This document shows positions 8,674 through 18,196 of a stretch of 64,000 nucleotides of DNA, piece by piece. Below the pieces are notes generated by a model. That model did no database searches, was not told the DNA's origin, and saw nothing but the letters and a program-made list of their open reading frames with translations. This DNA is from Candidatus Thorarchaeota archaeon. Lineage in GTDB: Archaea; Asgardarchaeota; Thorarchaeia; Thorarchaeales; Thorarchaeaceae. The position numbers and the translations under genes were made by a program. The stretch's first letter is position 1. The number at the start of each line of letters is the position of its first letter. Where the stretch lies: the NCBI GenBank assembly GCA_048882045.1, contig JBHLRZ010000004.1:85257-149256 (forward strand), given 5' to 3'.

Positions 8674-9813
8674 ATGTCCATCATCATGAATCTCGAAATC
8701 TTTGAGCTTGAACGGATGCAGTCCGAGTTTGAACATGTTGTGAAGTACAACCTCTCTGAGAGTGGCGTTGAACCTCTTCGGATAAAGGACCTCCTCCACT
8801 CCGATGAACTGATGGTGAAGTTTCTGAATCTCCAACTTGTGTATTCACAGACGAATGGAACAATCCCTCTTCGGGAGGCAATCGCTGGAGATTACGACGG
8901 GATTGGTGCCAACCACATCCTCGCTACTAATGGTGGGGCTGAAGCCAACTTTGTGGTGTCTTGGTGGTTGACACATGAGAATCCTGAATCAAGCGAGTTC
9001 GTATTCATGGTCCCCAACTACATGCAGATCGGTGGAATCTGGAAGAACCTCGGAAGGAGGGTTAGACAATTCCCCCTGCGGATGAGGGATGGAGAGTGGG
9101 TCCCTGACATTGAGGAACTGAAGTCTGTTGTTTCAAAGAAGACTGCTGCCATAGCGATCTGTAATCCAAACAATCCAACTGGAGCGATTGTGAACGAAAA
9201 GAATCTGAAAGCAATCGTTGACGTAGCTTCTGACAACGGTTCATGGGTTGTTTCAGACGAGATTTATCGGGGTGCAGAGATACATGATGAACGTACTCCT
9301 TCCATACAGGGTCGCTATGAGAGGGTCCTAGTCACCTCCAGTCTCTCGAAGGCATACGGACTCCCCGGCTTACGCCTAGGGTGGGTGGTCTGTCCAACGG
9401 AGGACATTGCACACCAGCTATGGACCTACTCTGACTACACATCCATCTGTCCATCCACTCCCAGTAATTGGCTGGCAACCTTAGCTCTTGATCCAAAGTT
9501 CAGGAGTGGTATCGAGGACAGAGCTCGGAAGATAATCAGAGAGAACTGGGAGATTGTTAGAGAATGGCTGGACACACATGGGTCCCTCTTTGAGTATGTG
9601 CCGCCCAAGGCTGCAGCAATCTGCTTCATCAAACAGAACACGGGCTTAAGTTCGTTGGAGCTCGTCCACCGTCTCATGAAGGAGAAGAGCGTCCTCATTT
9701 CTCCTGGAGAACACTTCGATATGCCTGGGCATCTCCGAATAGGTTTTGGTAGTGAGCCAGAGTACCTAAGACATAGTCTCAGCTTGATCAGTGAACTATT
9801 GAATGAACTGTAG
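8674..9813 (+). CDS. PLP-dependent aminotransferase, class I/II
   Basis: NPNNPTGA and SLSKAYGLPGLRLGWVV (PLP lysine) motifs. The start may be ATG 8686 instead (see finding on the upstream mini-ORF). Confidence 0.8.
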   Translation: MSIIMNLEIFELERMQSEFEHVVKYNLSESGVEPLRIKDLLHSDELMVKFLNLQLVYSQTNGTIPLREAIAGDYDGIGANHILATNGGAEANFVVSWWLTHENPESSEFVFMVPNYMQIGGIWKNLGRRVRQFPLRMRDGEWVPDIEELKSVVSKKTAAIAICNPNNPTGAIVNEKNLKAIVDVASDNGSWVVSDEIYRGAEIHDERTPSIQGRYERVLVTSSLSKAYGLPGLRLGWVVCPTEDIAHQLWTYSDYTSICPSTPSNWLATLALDPKFRSGIEDRARKIIRENWEIVREWLDTHGSLFEYVPPKAAAICFIKQNTGLSSLELVHRLMKEKSVLISPGEHFDMPGHLRIGFGSEPEYLRHSLSLISELLNEL

Positions 9814-9817
9814 TGTT

Positions 9818-10498
9818 CTATTGATTGGGTCGAGGAATCTCAAAGGGAACATTACATCCCTGACAGACAACTACTTTCTCTGCACTCTCAGCCCGTATCT
9901 TGACAAGCATGTCGACTCCACACTGAGGACATGTGCCAACTATGCCCTCTTCAGTAGCAACCGACTTCGTTGCTTCAGCGAAATTCGAAAAGCCGTATGC
10001 TAACCATCTCCCAACGTATCCATCGATGATAGAATAGATTACGATCCTTGGAACCGCCACAATCAGAAAGGTCACGAGGTCTAGATTCGGGAATAGCCAA
10101 TCAATGGCCATGTTTGGAAGACCAAATATCACCAGAAGAATGATGAGTACTGTCCCATGTCCTGTATAACTCTTGAATCCTCCAGGGGGTGTTGCATTCC
10201 AAAAAGACCTAGATAAAACAGCATTGATTAGACCAGCTACAAAGAAGACCAATACGAGGAGCACAACAAAGAACAATACCAACACGACATACCCGACCAG
10301 CTCCCCTGCAGCTACTGCTATGGCACCTACAATAATCGTTTCAATTAATACGATAACTGCAAACATCAGAGTTGCAAGGGTTCCAATGATCGCATAGAAG
10401 AGTCCATGCATGAAATACTTCGGTAAATCTTGGATGAACGTTCGTTCCTTCTGTGCCAAGTCCTTCTGACCTCCTCGGTCCCTTGACTTGGCAGGCAT
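9818..10498 (-). CDS. multi-pass membrane protein with C-terminal zinc ribbon
   Basis: Several hydrophobic helices, then CPQCGVDMLVKIRAESAEKVVVCQGCNVPF (CxxC..CxxC). Confidence 0.6.
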   Translation of the reverse strand: MPAKSRDRGGQKDLAQKERTFIQDLPKYFMHGLFYAIIGTLATLMFAVIVLIETIIVGAIAVAAGELVGYVVLVLFFVVLLVLVFFVAGLINAVLSRSFWNATPPGGFKSYTGHGTVLIILLVIFGLPNMAIDWLFPNLDLVTFLIVAVPRIVIYSIIDGYVGRWLAYGFSNFAEATKSVATEEGIVGTCPQCGVDMLVKIRAESAEKVVVCQGCNVPFEIPRPNQ

Positions 10499-10970
10499 CT
10501 CCTCAAGATAAATCTTGGTGAAGAATCACTACAAATGCTTCATGAAATATAGCTTCTGCAAAAGGTTTGAATTTTGCTTTTTCATTGCAAAAACAGCACC
10601 TATTATTGATTAAAAATGATTAATATTGGTTATTTTTCGATTTTAAGCATAATTTCGATTTTTTTGGAAAGACAAAGCACGTATATCCCTCCAATACACT
10701 TTCGGAAATATGATACGCTTAATCCATACTCAGGCTAACTGCTTTGAACCTTTTAGACAATCATACTCTTGCAGTCAGATTTGATTGTGGGATGTAAGAA
10801 GAAAATGTCGACAGAGGTGAAGAAGTCCAGAACCAAGAAGACTCCCATGAGGGAGGATCAGCTCGATGAAGAGGATCGAGAGATCATACGCCTCTTGGAA
10901 CTGGCGAGAATCTACTATGATGGTCCGTGAACCAAATCATAGAGTGTGAGAATATGGACGTGGAAATAAC

Positions 10971-11498
10971 TTGTCGGAGACGGATACGAAAGATGAGAAT
11001 CTACTAGGTCACTTCCAAGAAGCAATGTTGCGAGCATCAGGACCAGCCATCCACAGAGCGTTAGATGAGAAACTCGATGACGCCCAGGCGATAGATGCAG
11101 AGTACGCATGTCTGATGTCAATGATGCTCGAGCCCAAGAATCCCACGATGTGGAATGCACTCGCTTTAGTTCAGATGATATCGAGTAAACCTGACGATGC
11201 GGAGGATTCTATCAGACGGTCTCTCGAGATTGATACCTCTAACTCATGGACCTGGACTATCTGGGGGGACCTTCTCAAGAATGAGAATAGAATCATTGAA
11301 TCGGAAAGAGCATACAGGATGGCCGTGGAACTGGATCCAGTGAACGAGCACGCACTGAGGCAATTGGTCTTCATCACTGACTCACGAGAGGCGCATCCTG
11401 AAACTCTCACACTACTCGAAACTCTGCTTCCTCAACTTCCTGAAGACCAGGAACTCTGGGACATCTACTCAAGGTGCCTTAGAAGGATGAAGAAGTGA
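10971..11498 (+). CDS. TPR repeat protein
   Basis: TPR-like helices (WNALALVQMISSKPDDAEDSIRRSLEIDTSNSWTWTIWGDLLKNENRIIESERAYRMAVELDP). The start is uncertain: TTG 10971 or ATG 11025. Confidence 0.6.
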   Translation: MSETDTKDENLLGHFQEAMLRASGPAIHRALDEKLDDAQAIDAEYACLMSMMLEPKNPTMWNALALVQMISSKPDDAEDSIRRSLEIDTSNSWTWTIWGDLLKNENRIIESERAYRMAVELDPVNEHALRQLVFITDSREAHPETLTLLETLLPQLPEDQELWDIYSRCLRRMKK

Positions 11499-14312
11499 TC
11501 ACTCTGAATGCCTGAAATCATCCGCTAGGTTCGAGTTCAGACCTCGATTAGTAACATAATAGGTGGTAGTAAATGCGGATGTTAGACTCAGGATTAGTAT
11601 ACCTGCGAGTAGAGGTAGAGGAAGGACCAGGTAGACAGGTAGACGAGACCAGACAATCTCAGTCGTCACTCCCAGGAAAGCCAATGGGATCTGGAGCAGC
11701 AGTGATGACAGTAGGAATCCAATCAATGATCCAATCAACATTCCTAGGACCATACTCACTCCTGTATCGACAAATACAGCTGATATTATTGACGAGTTGG
11801 ACGTGCCAAGTGCCCTCAAGATTGAGAATTGCTTCTGTAATCGACGGGTCTTCACTACTGAGATTATCATAAGACCCGCAGTGAGATACATGAGCGAGAA
11901 CAGAGTGTTGAGAGTATAAACACCGTAGATGGACTGGCCAGTCCTCGAGTCCAGTATTGAATCAATCTCCGACTGGGATGACACCAACTCATCAGTAGTG
12001 AAGTTGGCCACACTCCTGATGTCTTCCATCACCTTGGTAGAGTTTGCAGTTTCATGCAGGTCAACATAGATCTTGTTCACTGTCGATGTGTTGCGGATGT
12101 TTTGGATGTAGTCAATATTCATGATTACGAAGTCTTGAACATCAGGTTCTCCAGGGAAATAGTTTGTACCTCTCTGTTCATAATCTGCAGACATCACATC
12201 CACGATAGTACAGTCAATAATGAAGCTCAATCCAGAAGTTACAGTGACTATCTTCACAGAATCATAGTATAATGGATTTCCTCCCGCATATTGCTCTATA
12301 GGCTTGAATGAGCTGATGATATTCGTATGGTTCTCTGCCAGTAGTGAAATCCTGTCAACTGGGTTCCTACTCATAGTGAAGTACGGCAGCAAGAATACAG
12401 TTTCAGCCCAGGTGTCTGGATCGATTCCATAAATGGGAAGTGAAATGTTCACTAGTACAGGATCTTGATTCTCAAGCGCCTGGAGGAACTGTACGAACGA
12501 GTAAGTTTTCAAAAGAGCACTGGTGTTGTTTACACCTTCGATAGCATTGATTTGATCGACAATGTCATTTGTAACATTCCTCAGATTTTCATCAACATTG
12601 ATTACAATGTCTGCTCCTACCATGAAACTAAACAACTCCTCCATATGATTTGAACCTGTTGAAGATGATACAACAGAGAAGAGACCTGCAGTGAAGACAA
12701 GTCCAATGAACATGACGCCCATTGCTTCACTTTTCTTAGCCAATAGGGCATTCCTCGACATCACACGGGCTCCTATAATACGTGATGTGTTTCGGGTAAG
12801 ACCTAACAACTTGGATTTGATGAAGGAGGTTGGCAAGGAAAGAATCCTTGACAGAACAACAATGAAAATCCCAAACATTGTGATAACCAAAACTGCAAAC
12901 AGAGCGAATCCAGTTGGAGAAACTCCACCAGTTCCAAGTGACGTCAGTAATGGAGTGATGAGAAGTCCGGATACAATGAATGCTACCACTTCCATGATTG
13001 GTGGACGGAGTATTTCCTTACCAGCAAGGGCTTGTTTCTCTACAACTGAGTGAGCTTCATCTGGTGTCATGAGTAGTGCGTTGACTGCAGAAGGTAGTGA
13101 AATGGCAAAACCGACTATGAATGAGAATACAAAGACGATTATGATGGAACTAGGCTCGAGGAGAAGGTTGAAGCTGGCAAGATTATCTGGAGTAAAGACT
13201 AAGAGCTGTCTTACTCCACCAGAGAGTATTGCAGCAAGAGTTCCAGTTGCAACCGCTCCTATACTCCCTATTATTCCAGTCAAGAAAGCACTCGATATAA
13301 TCCAAGTGAAAGACTGCCAACCTGATGCTCCTCTAGTTATCAGAGTGCCCGTGTCACGTCTTCGCTGATCCTCCGTCAACCTCGAATTATAAACAAGAAG
13401 CATCACTCCCATTACGATACTTGGAATCGAGAACGACAGTGAAATTATCGTCATTGTGGATGCCCAGGAGTTGTATCCATAAACTATTCCCAGAATCTCG
13501 AATTCAGCCACTCTCGCATAAGGTAGAGTGCGTTGCTCGATTCTTGCCTTGACTTCGGAAAGAGATGACTCAACATGACTTGGACTGCTATGGGTGATGA
13601 AACTCGAATCAAATATAGTCCATATACTATAGAACACCTCATTAGATGTTTGAAGTCCTACATTGTTGAATTCGGACACCAGACCTGCCCGTGTTGTGAT
13701 CATCCGAAGTGACGTTATTGGATTCCCACTGACGTCCCGACGACTGCTGAAGGTGTTAGTTCTGAACAGCCCAATGACCTTGTAGCTTGCATTGTATCTC
13801 TGTAGTGTGAAGTTTTCATCGAGTGCTATGATGTCAGCAACATAGTCATCGCCAATTTGAAGGTGGAGATATTCTGCCCAATCATATTCAATATAGCATG
13901 TGCTTTCATTGAGCTCGGATTCTACTGAAATGAGTTGAATTGCATGTGGAAATACTTGGAAGATAGAATTATCCACACCGATATAGCTATACTTTCGAAA
14001 TCTACTCTCAGGGTAACTATGGTCCCACCCCTCAATGAAGGCAACTATCTCTGTGTCGGAGACAAGCTCCTGTTCTCTGACGATACTATCAATATCCTCG
14101 ATGGAAGCAGTAGATGAATCATAGAATTCAGGCGTACACTGAACCTCCATATCTATTGGAATGTCTTCAGTCATTTCTTCAAGCACATTTGTGCTAGTAC
14201 TGTCCATGTAGAACAAAACTCCCCCAAGAACTCCAGCTGACAATGAGAACATGAGTAGAGTCGCTAAAACCTGAGGACTATGTGAAGCAAGACGTGATAG
14301 TAGAAACATCAT
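11499..14312 (-). CDS. large FtsX-family ABC-type permease (two FtsX modules, large extracytoplasmic domains)
   Basis: 937 aa. N-terminal TM, a large soluble domain, a 3-4 TM bundle, a second soluble domain, and a C-terminal TM bundle with FSILRALGTSNSSII (the FtsX signature region R.lGa). Its start overlaps the stop of the upstream gene (ATGA). Confidence 0.75.
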   Translation of the reverse strand: MMFLLSRLASHSPQVLATLLMFSLSAGVLGGVLFYMDSTSTNVLEEMTEDIPIDMEVQCTPEFYDSSTASIEDIDSIVREQELVSDTEIVAFIEGWDHSYPESRFRKYSYIGVDNSIFQVFPHAIQLISVESELNESTCYIEYDWAEYLHLQIGDDYVADIIALDENFTLQRYNASYKVIGLFRTNTFSSRRDVSGNPITSLRMITTRAGLVSEFNNVGLQTSNEVFYSIWTIFDSSFITHSSPSHVESSLSEVKARIEQRTLPYARVAEFEILGIVYGYNSWASTMTIISLSFSIPSIVMGVMLLVYNSRLTEDQRRRDTGTLITRGASGWQSFTWIISSAFLTGIIGSIGAVATGTLAAILSGGVRQLLVFTPDNLASFNLLLEPSSIIIVFVFSFIVGFAISLPSAVNALLMTPDEAHSVVEKQALAGKEILRPPIMEVVAFIVSGLLITPLLTSLGTGGVSPTGFALFAVLVITMFGIFIVVLSRILSLPTSFIKSKLLGLTRNTSRIIGARVMSRNALLAKKSEAMGVMFIGLVFTAGLFSVVSSSTGSNHMEELFSFMVGADIVINVDENLRNVTNDIVDQINAIEGVNNTSALLKTYSFVQFLQALENQDPVLVNISLPIYGIDPDTWAETVFLLPYFTMSRNPVDRISLLAENHTNIISSFKPIEQYAGGNPLYYDSVKIVTVTSGLSFIIDCTIVDVMSADYEQRGTNYFPGEPDVQDFVIMNIDYIQNIRNTSTVNKIYVDLHETANSTKVMEDIRSVANFTTDELVSSQSEIDSILDSRTGQSIYGVYTLNTLFSLMYLTAGLMIISVVKTRRLQKQFSILRALGTSNSSIISAVFVDTGVSMVLGMLIGSLIGFLLSSLLLQIPLAFLGVTTEIVWSRLPVYLVLPLPLLAGILILSLTSAFTTTYYVTNRGLNSNLADDFRHSE

Positions 14313-17080
14313 CCTACCTCCACATATGGACTGGATTCAGTCCACGCACTGTTTAGTGCTTCGCTGAGATCGACTCTTGAACTGAGAATAGCAATCACCG
14401 TGATGAATATTGCAACGCAGAAGATGAAGAACAATAGAATGACGCTCATCAATAACACTGGAGTGATGATTGTTACAGGCGAAGGATACACGTAGGTCAC
14501 TCCACCATAGGTTCGTATAGCCGCAAGGAGTGAGTTCACTGTCAGCACGGGAGTGAAGAGGCCAAGCAACATGACACTCATAATGAATAAGACAAGCATT
14601 TCTGCAGCCTGTGTCTTCACTACGAGATTTCTCTCGGCTCCCATAGATCTGAGAAGAGCAATCTCACGTTTCCTTGCCTTGACGCCCTCTATGGCATAGA
14701 TGACAAAAGCCCCAAAGATAGCTCCTACACTGAGCATTGTGAACAGTGTATCAGTCGAACGGTCCACAACGTAGATATCTTGTGAGATGTATGTTAGAAG
14801 TTCATTTAAGGCTGACACCCATCCATCCTCCTCCAGGACATCAGACCATCCATTTGTGAGAAGTTCTTTAGCAATGAGAGTTGCATTCACTATTTCTTCC
14901 ACTCTCATGCAATAGATATTCTCAACTTCTTCTTCAAAGGACAGGATGATATCAATATCCTCTCGATTTACCCACACCTGTCCTGATCCAACCTCATATG
15001 TCCATTCGATTCCTGGGTATGGATTGGATCCTCCCGAAAAAGTCAGTGTATCTGGTAGAGCATCAACGACTCCAATAATAGTGAACTCTAGAGCTTCCAG
15101 TTCAGTTTCATTCCTCCAAAATGCCCTAAGAACACCGCCAGTTGAGAGACCGTACTTCTCTGCGACATCCTGTGTAACTATTGCTCCTGTTTGTGATAGC
15201 TCGAGCTGCTCCAACAAAAGGCCTAGACCTGATTCGTTTAAATGGTTTCCAACTGAATCATAACCGACTCTGGAATATTCCGTTGGGTTCAGACCTACAA
15301 ACTCGAAAGTACCTTCGGTTCCAGTTGAAAGAGGCAATGACACCTTACTCAGAATACTACCCGAGGCTGAGGGCAAACCTTGTGTCATGTTGCCAATAAA
15401 AGACTCCCACTGATCTGACTCATCTGAATCCAAGTGAAATGCCAAATCCCCTCCTATCGCAAACCTCGACTGGTTTAGTCTCGTATACGGCAAGGTTGCA
15501 TCATTGATTGCATAGTTCCATCCAAGACTCATTGCCAGTACTAAAACAATGATGAGTGAGCCAGATGACGCGGTGGTTTTGCCTATTCTCCTGATTCCGA
15601 CAGTTGCTGGAATATTGCCGACCAAACCGCTGAATACTCTAGAAAATAGGTGAGCACCTCTCCTCATGGCCTTGATTGCCAAACTGGTCATTCCGAAGAA
15701 CAATGTGAAGGGTAGAACACTTAGGACAACATATAGAAATGGATCACGTGTCACTATCGTTCCTGCCAGATTGAGTGCCACAAGAAGCAAAATACTCAAA
15801 GCTAGGAGTGAAGCGTCACCACGTACGAAGCTAAGTGCCTTGGTTATCCTCGCCAGTCTTCCTGTACTCTCTCGACTAGTAATCTTCAATGCACTTCGGA
15901 GTTGATGAATCAGCAGTATGATTGCAGGAAGTGCAACTCCCGCAATGACAGAATACACAATACTGTCAATGGAAATCAACAACGCGTTAGTGAATAGTCT
16001 CTGGTAATCGATAATAAAAAATCCATTTGATGCAATTGCAAATCTACTGGCTACTACCCCCACTGCAAATCCGAGTGGGACAGATAGAACAGCCAAGCTG
16101 ATGATCTCCAAATTGACTAGTAGTCCAACTCGAAAACGTGAGGCTCCTCTTGCTACTAGCATATTGATTTCATAGGTTCTTTCATTCCAGATGTGGTTGA
16201 CTGCCAAGTAGAGGACAGATAGCTCGAGAAGAAGAACTCCACCACTTCGAAGAGTCTGTGATGAACGAAGGTCCGTCAAATATTCCAAATAGTCCTCGAT
16301 CCCGTCACCAAGTAAATTGACGACAGTATAGGTTGGCCTGCCTCCTCGATTGTAATAGGTGTCGAGCATCCTGATCTGTTCATTGATTTCATAGAGATGG
16401 TTCAGTGAACCAGCGGGGTCATATGGCACTACGTCACCTCTGTCAACATCTGCATAGATGAAGCTGAACGACATTAAGGACCTCAATGATTCATGGAACA
16501 ACACATGGCCGCGGGTGTAGTAGTATGAGTTTTGAAAGCCAGTTTCTCCATGTTCGAAAATACCTGTAACAATAGCAGGTTCATATGATGGGTCGAACGG
16601 GTTCAAAGATTCATATGAGTAATTGACCTGATCTCCCACACTCACATAGAGCAAATCTGCTACAAGAACTGAAATTGCAATTTCTGAAGCATTTTCAGGA
16701 AACTTGCCTTCCGCGAGTGTGAAAATAGTTGGATAGGTGTCTGTGAATCCTTCACTATATTCCATTCCATACGTATTTACCTGCCAACGGAGTCCCAGCG
16801 ACCTCGATGCAAGGTAGGCGAATGTCCCTTTGATCGGTTCTGCGTTACTTATTCCCGGTATCCCTCGAAAGTCATCAATCTCGCTATCAATCCCATCTCC
16901 AATCGCAACCAATGCTACTGGCCCAACATCACACTCAGAATTCCATACCTCCATAGAGTATGAGTCAACATACACCATTACACCTGCGATTATCGCTGAT
17001 GACAACATGAAGCATAGAAGGGCCACTAACTTCCTTCTCTTTCCTTGAAATGCTTCATAGTCAACAGGAATTGATACCAC
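14309..17080 (-). CDS. large FtsX-family ABC-type permease (paralogous architecture)
   Basis: 923 aa with the same architecture. Has INMLVARGASRFRV and IALLRSMGAERNLV FtsX signature regions. Confidence 0.75.
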   Translation of the reverse strand: MVSIPVDYEAFQGKRRKLVALLCFMLSSAIIAGVMVYVDSYSMEVWNSECDVGPVALVAIGDGIDSEIDDFRGIPGISNAEPIKGTFAYLASRSLGLRWQVNTYGMEYSEGFTDTYPTIFTLAEGKFPENASEIAISVLVADLLYVSVGDQVNYSYESLNPFDPSYEPAIVTGIFEHGETGFQNSYYYTRGHVLFHESLRSLMSFSFIYADVDRGDVVPYDPAGSLNHLYEINEQIRMLDTYYNRGGRPTYTVVNLLGDGIEDYLEYLTDLRSSQTLRSGGVLLLELSVLYLAVNHIWNERTYEINMLVARGASRFRVGLLVNLEIISLAVLSVPLGFAVGVVASRFAIASNGFFIIDYQRLFTNALLISIDSIVYSVIAGVALPAIILLIHQLRSALKITSRESTGRLARITKALSFVRGDASLLALSILLLVALNLAGTIVTRDPFLYVVLSVLPFTLFFGMTSLAIKAMRRGAHLFSRVFSGLVGNIPATVGIRRIGKTTASSGSLIIVLVLAMSLGWNYAINDATLPYTRLNQSRFAIGGDLAFHLDSDESDQWESFIGNMTQGLPSASGSILSKVSLPLSTGTEGTFEFVGLNPTEYSRVGYDSVGNHLNESGLGLLLEQLELSQTGAIVTQDVAEKYGLSTGGVLRAFWRNETELEALEFTIIGVVDALPDTLTFSGGSNPYPGIEWTYEVGSGQVWVNREDIDIILSFEEEVENIYCMRVEEIVNATLIAKELLTNGWSDVLEEDGWVSALNELLTYISQDIYVVDRSTDTLFTMLSVGAIFGAFVIYAIEGVKARKREIALLRSMGAERNLVVKTQAAEMLVLFIMSVMLLGLFTPVLTVNSLLAAIRTYGGVTYVYPSPVTIITPVLLMSVILLFFIFCVAIFITVIAILSSRVDLSEALNSAWTESSPYVEVG

Positions 17081-17393
17081 TAAGAATCGCCTTTTGGATG
17101 TGCTCTCACAATCTACGAAACACTGACGATTTGTTTCCGTCTAATAAAACACACTCTCTCAGCCTTCCCAGGAAGACATGCTGATCGAATTCGTAAGTTC
17201 TTTGATTTCCTGTAAATGTTGCTCGGAATTGAGAACAATGTCTAATGTGGTGCCTAATAAGGTCCTATCAGAATCTAACTGTCCCAATCTCCTGAATGGT
17301 CAGTTATACTAATCTCAATCTTGAAGATGTCTATTCAATCAATCGAACCTCCTTAGACGCATTTTGGGCTTCTATGGACACAAGTGAACTGAT

Positions 17394-18146
17394 GTGTTAA
17401 TTCCAGGTTTTCAGACTGCAGACAAACTTCAAAGAACGATATGCAAGACAGGAACGCCAATCCTTGACGGTCTCCTTGGGGGTGGATATGAAACCGGTCT
17501 CACATATCTGTTCTATGGACACGAGTTGCTGCATAGTGTCATCCTTCGTTCTGCAGTCCAAGCTCAATTACCTGTGATGAAAGGTGGGTTCTCAAGTCCT
17601 TGTATCATGATTGACAGCTCGAACATGATTGATACAGTAAAACTGAGAGACATCTCATTCCAGCTCGGTCTTGAGCCTGAGAGTGTCATGGATGCAATCC
17701 ACATATCTCGCGCTTTCAATGCTTCACAGACTTTCGACCTCGTCATCAACCATCTGGACGAGTTCATGGAAAGCGTTCCAGCAAAGATGCTGATTCTACC
17801 GGGACTTGTCGACCTCTTCAACAGTGAGGGTCTTGACAGTGAAGCGACACGTCAGATGGCTCATATGGCTGCGCGTGTAAATGCGTTCACTCTGAAACAC
17901 AATATTGTGACGCTGATATCCACTCGAGAACCATTGGGTTATGGAAAACAACCATCAGTCGGAAAAGCGCTCACAAGCTCTACTCAGGTTCATGTACTGG
18001 TGGATCAGACTCCGATGCGCAATCTGTATTCACTGACAAAGCATCCAAGTCTCTCGTCCCGAATAGAATCTGTTGCCCGTACCGGTTCCGTATTTGGCGT
18101 GACCCTCCCACTTGAATACTTCTTTGAAGATGAATCTACTACTTGA
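17394..18146 (+). CDS. RadB-like RecA-superfamily protein with degenerate Walker motifs
   Basis: ILDGLLGGGYETGLTYLFYG matches the RadA/RadB N-terminal core. The P-loop position reads HELLHSVI instead of G..GSGKT, and the Walker B position reads MLILPGL. GTG start. Confidence 0.65.
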   Translation: MLIPGFQTADKLQRTICKTGTPILDGLLGGGYETGLTYLFYGHELLHSVILRSAVQAQLPVMKGGFSSPCIMIDSSNMIDTVKLRDISFQLGLEPESVMDAIHISRAFNASQTFDLVINHLDEFMESVPAKMLILPGLVDLFNSEGLDSEATRQMAHMAARVNAFTLKHNIVTLISTREPLGYGKQPSVGKALTSSTQVHVLVDQTPMRNLYSLTKHPSLSSRIESVARTGSVFGVTLPLEYFFEDESTT

Positions 18147-18196
18147 GTGATTTGCAGCATTCTGGACCGTACCCCTCTCCAGTAGTCCTCTACCTC

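Noticed and set aside
10560-10700. AT-rich stretch considered as a replication origin (DUE)
   Set aside because: I found no ORB or mini-ORB-like inverted repeats flanking it, and there is no orc1/cdc6 gene nearby. It is adequately explained as a divergent promoter region.
11496-11501. Convergent genes abutting on TGATCA (also at 63453..63458) and overlapping stops in CTAG at 48247..48250
   Set aside because: This is a trivial consequence of two TGA (or TAG) stops meeting head-on in a compact genome. It is not a specific motif.
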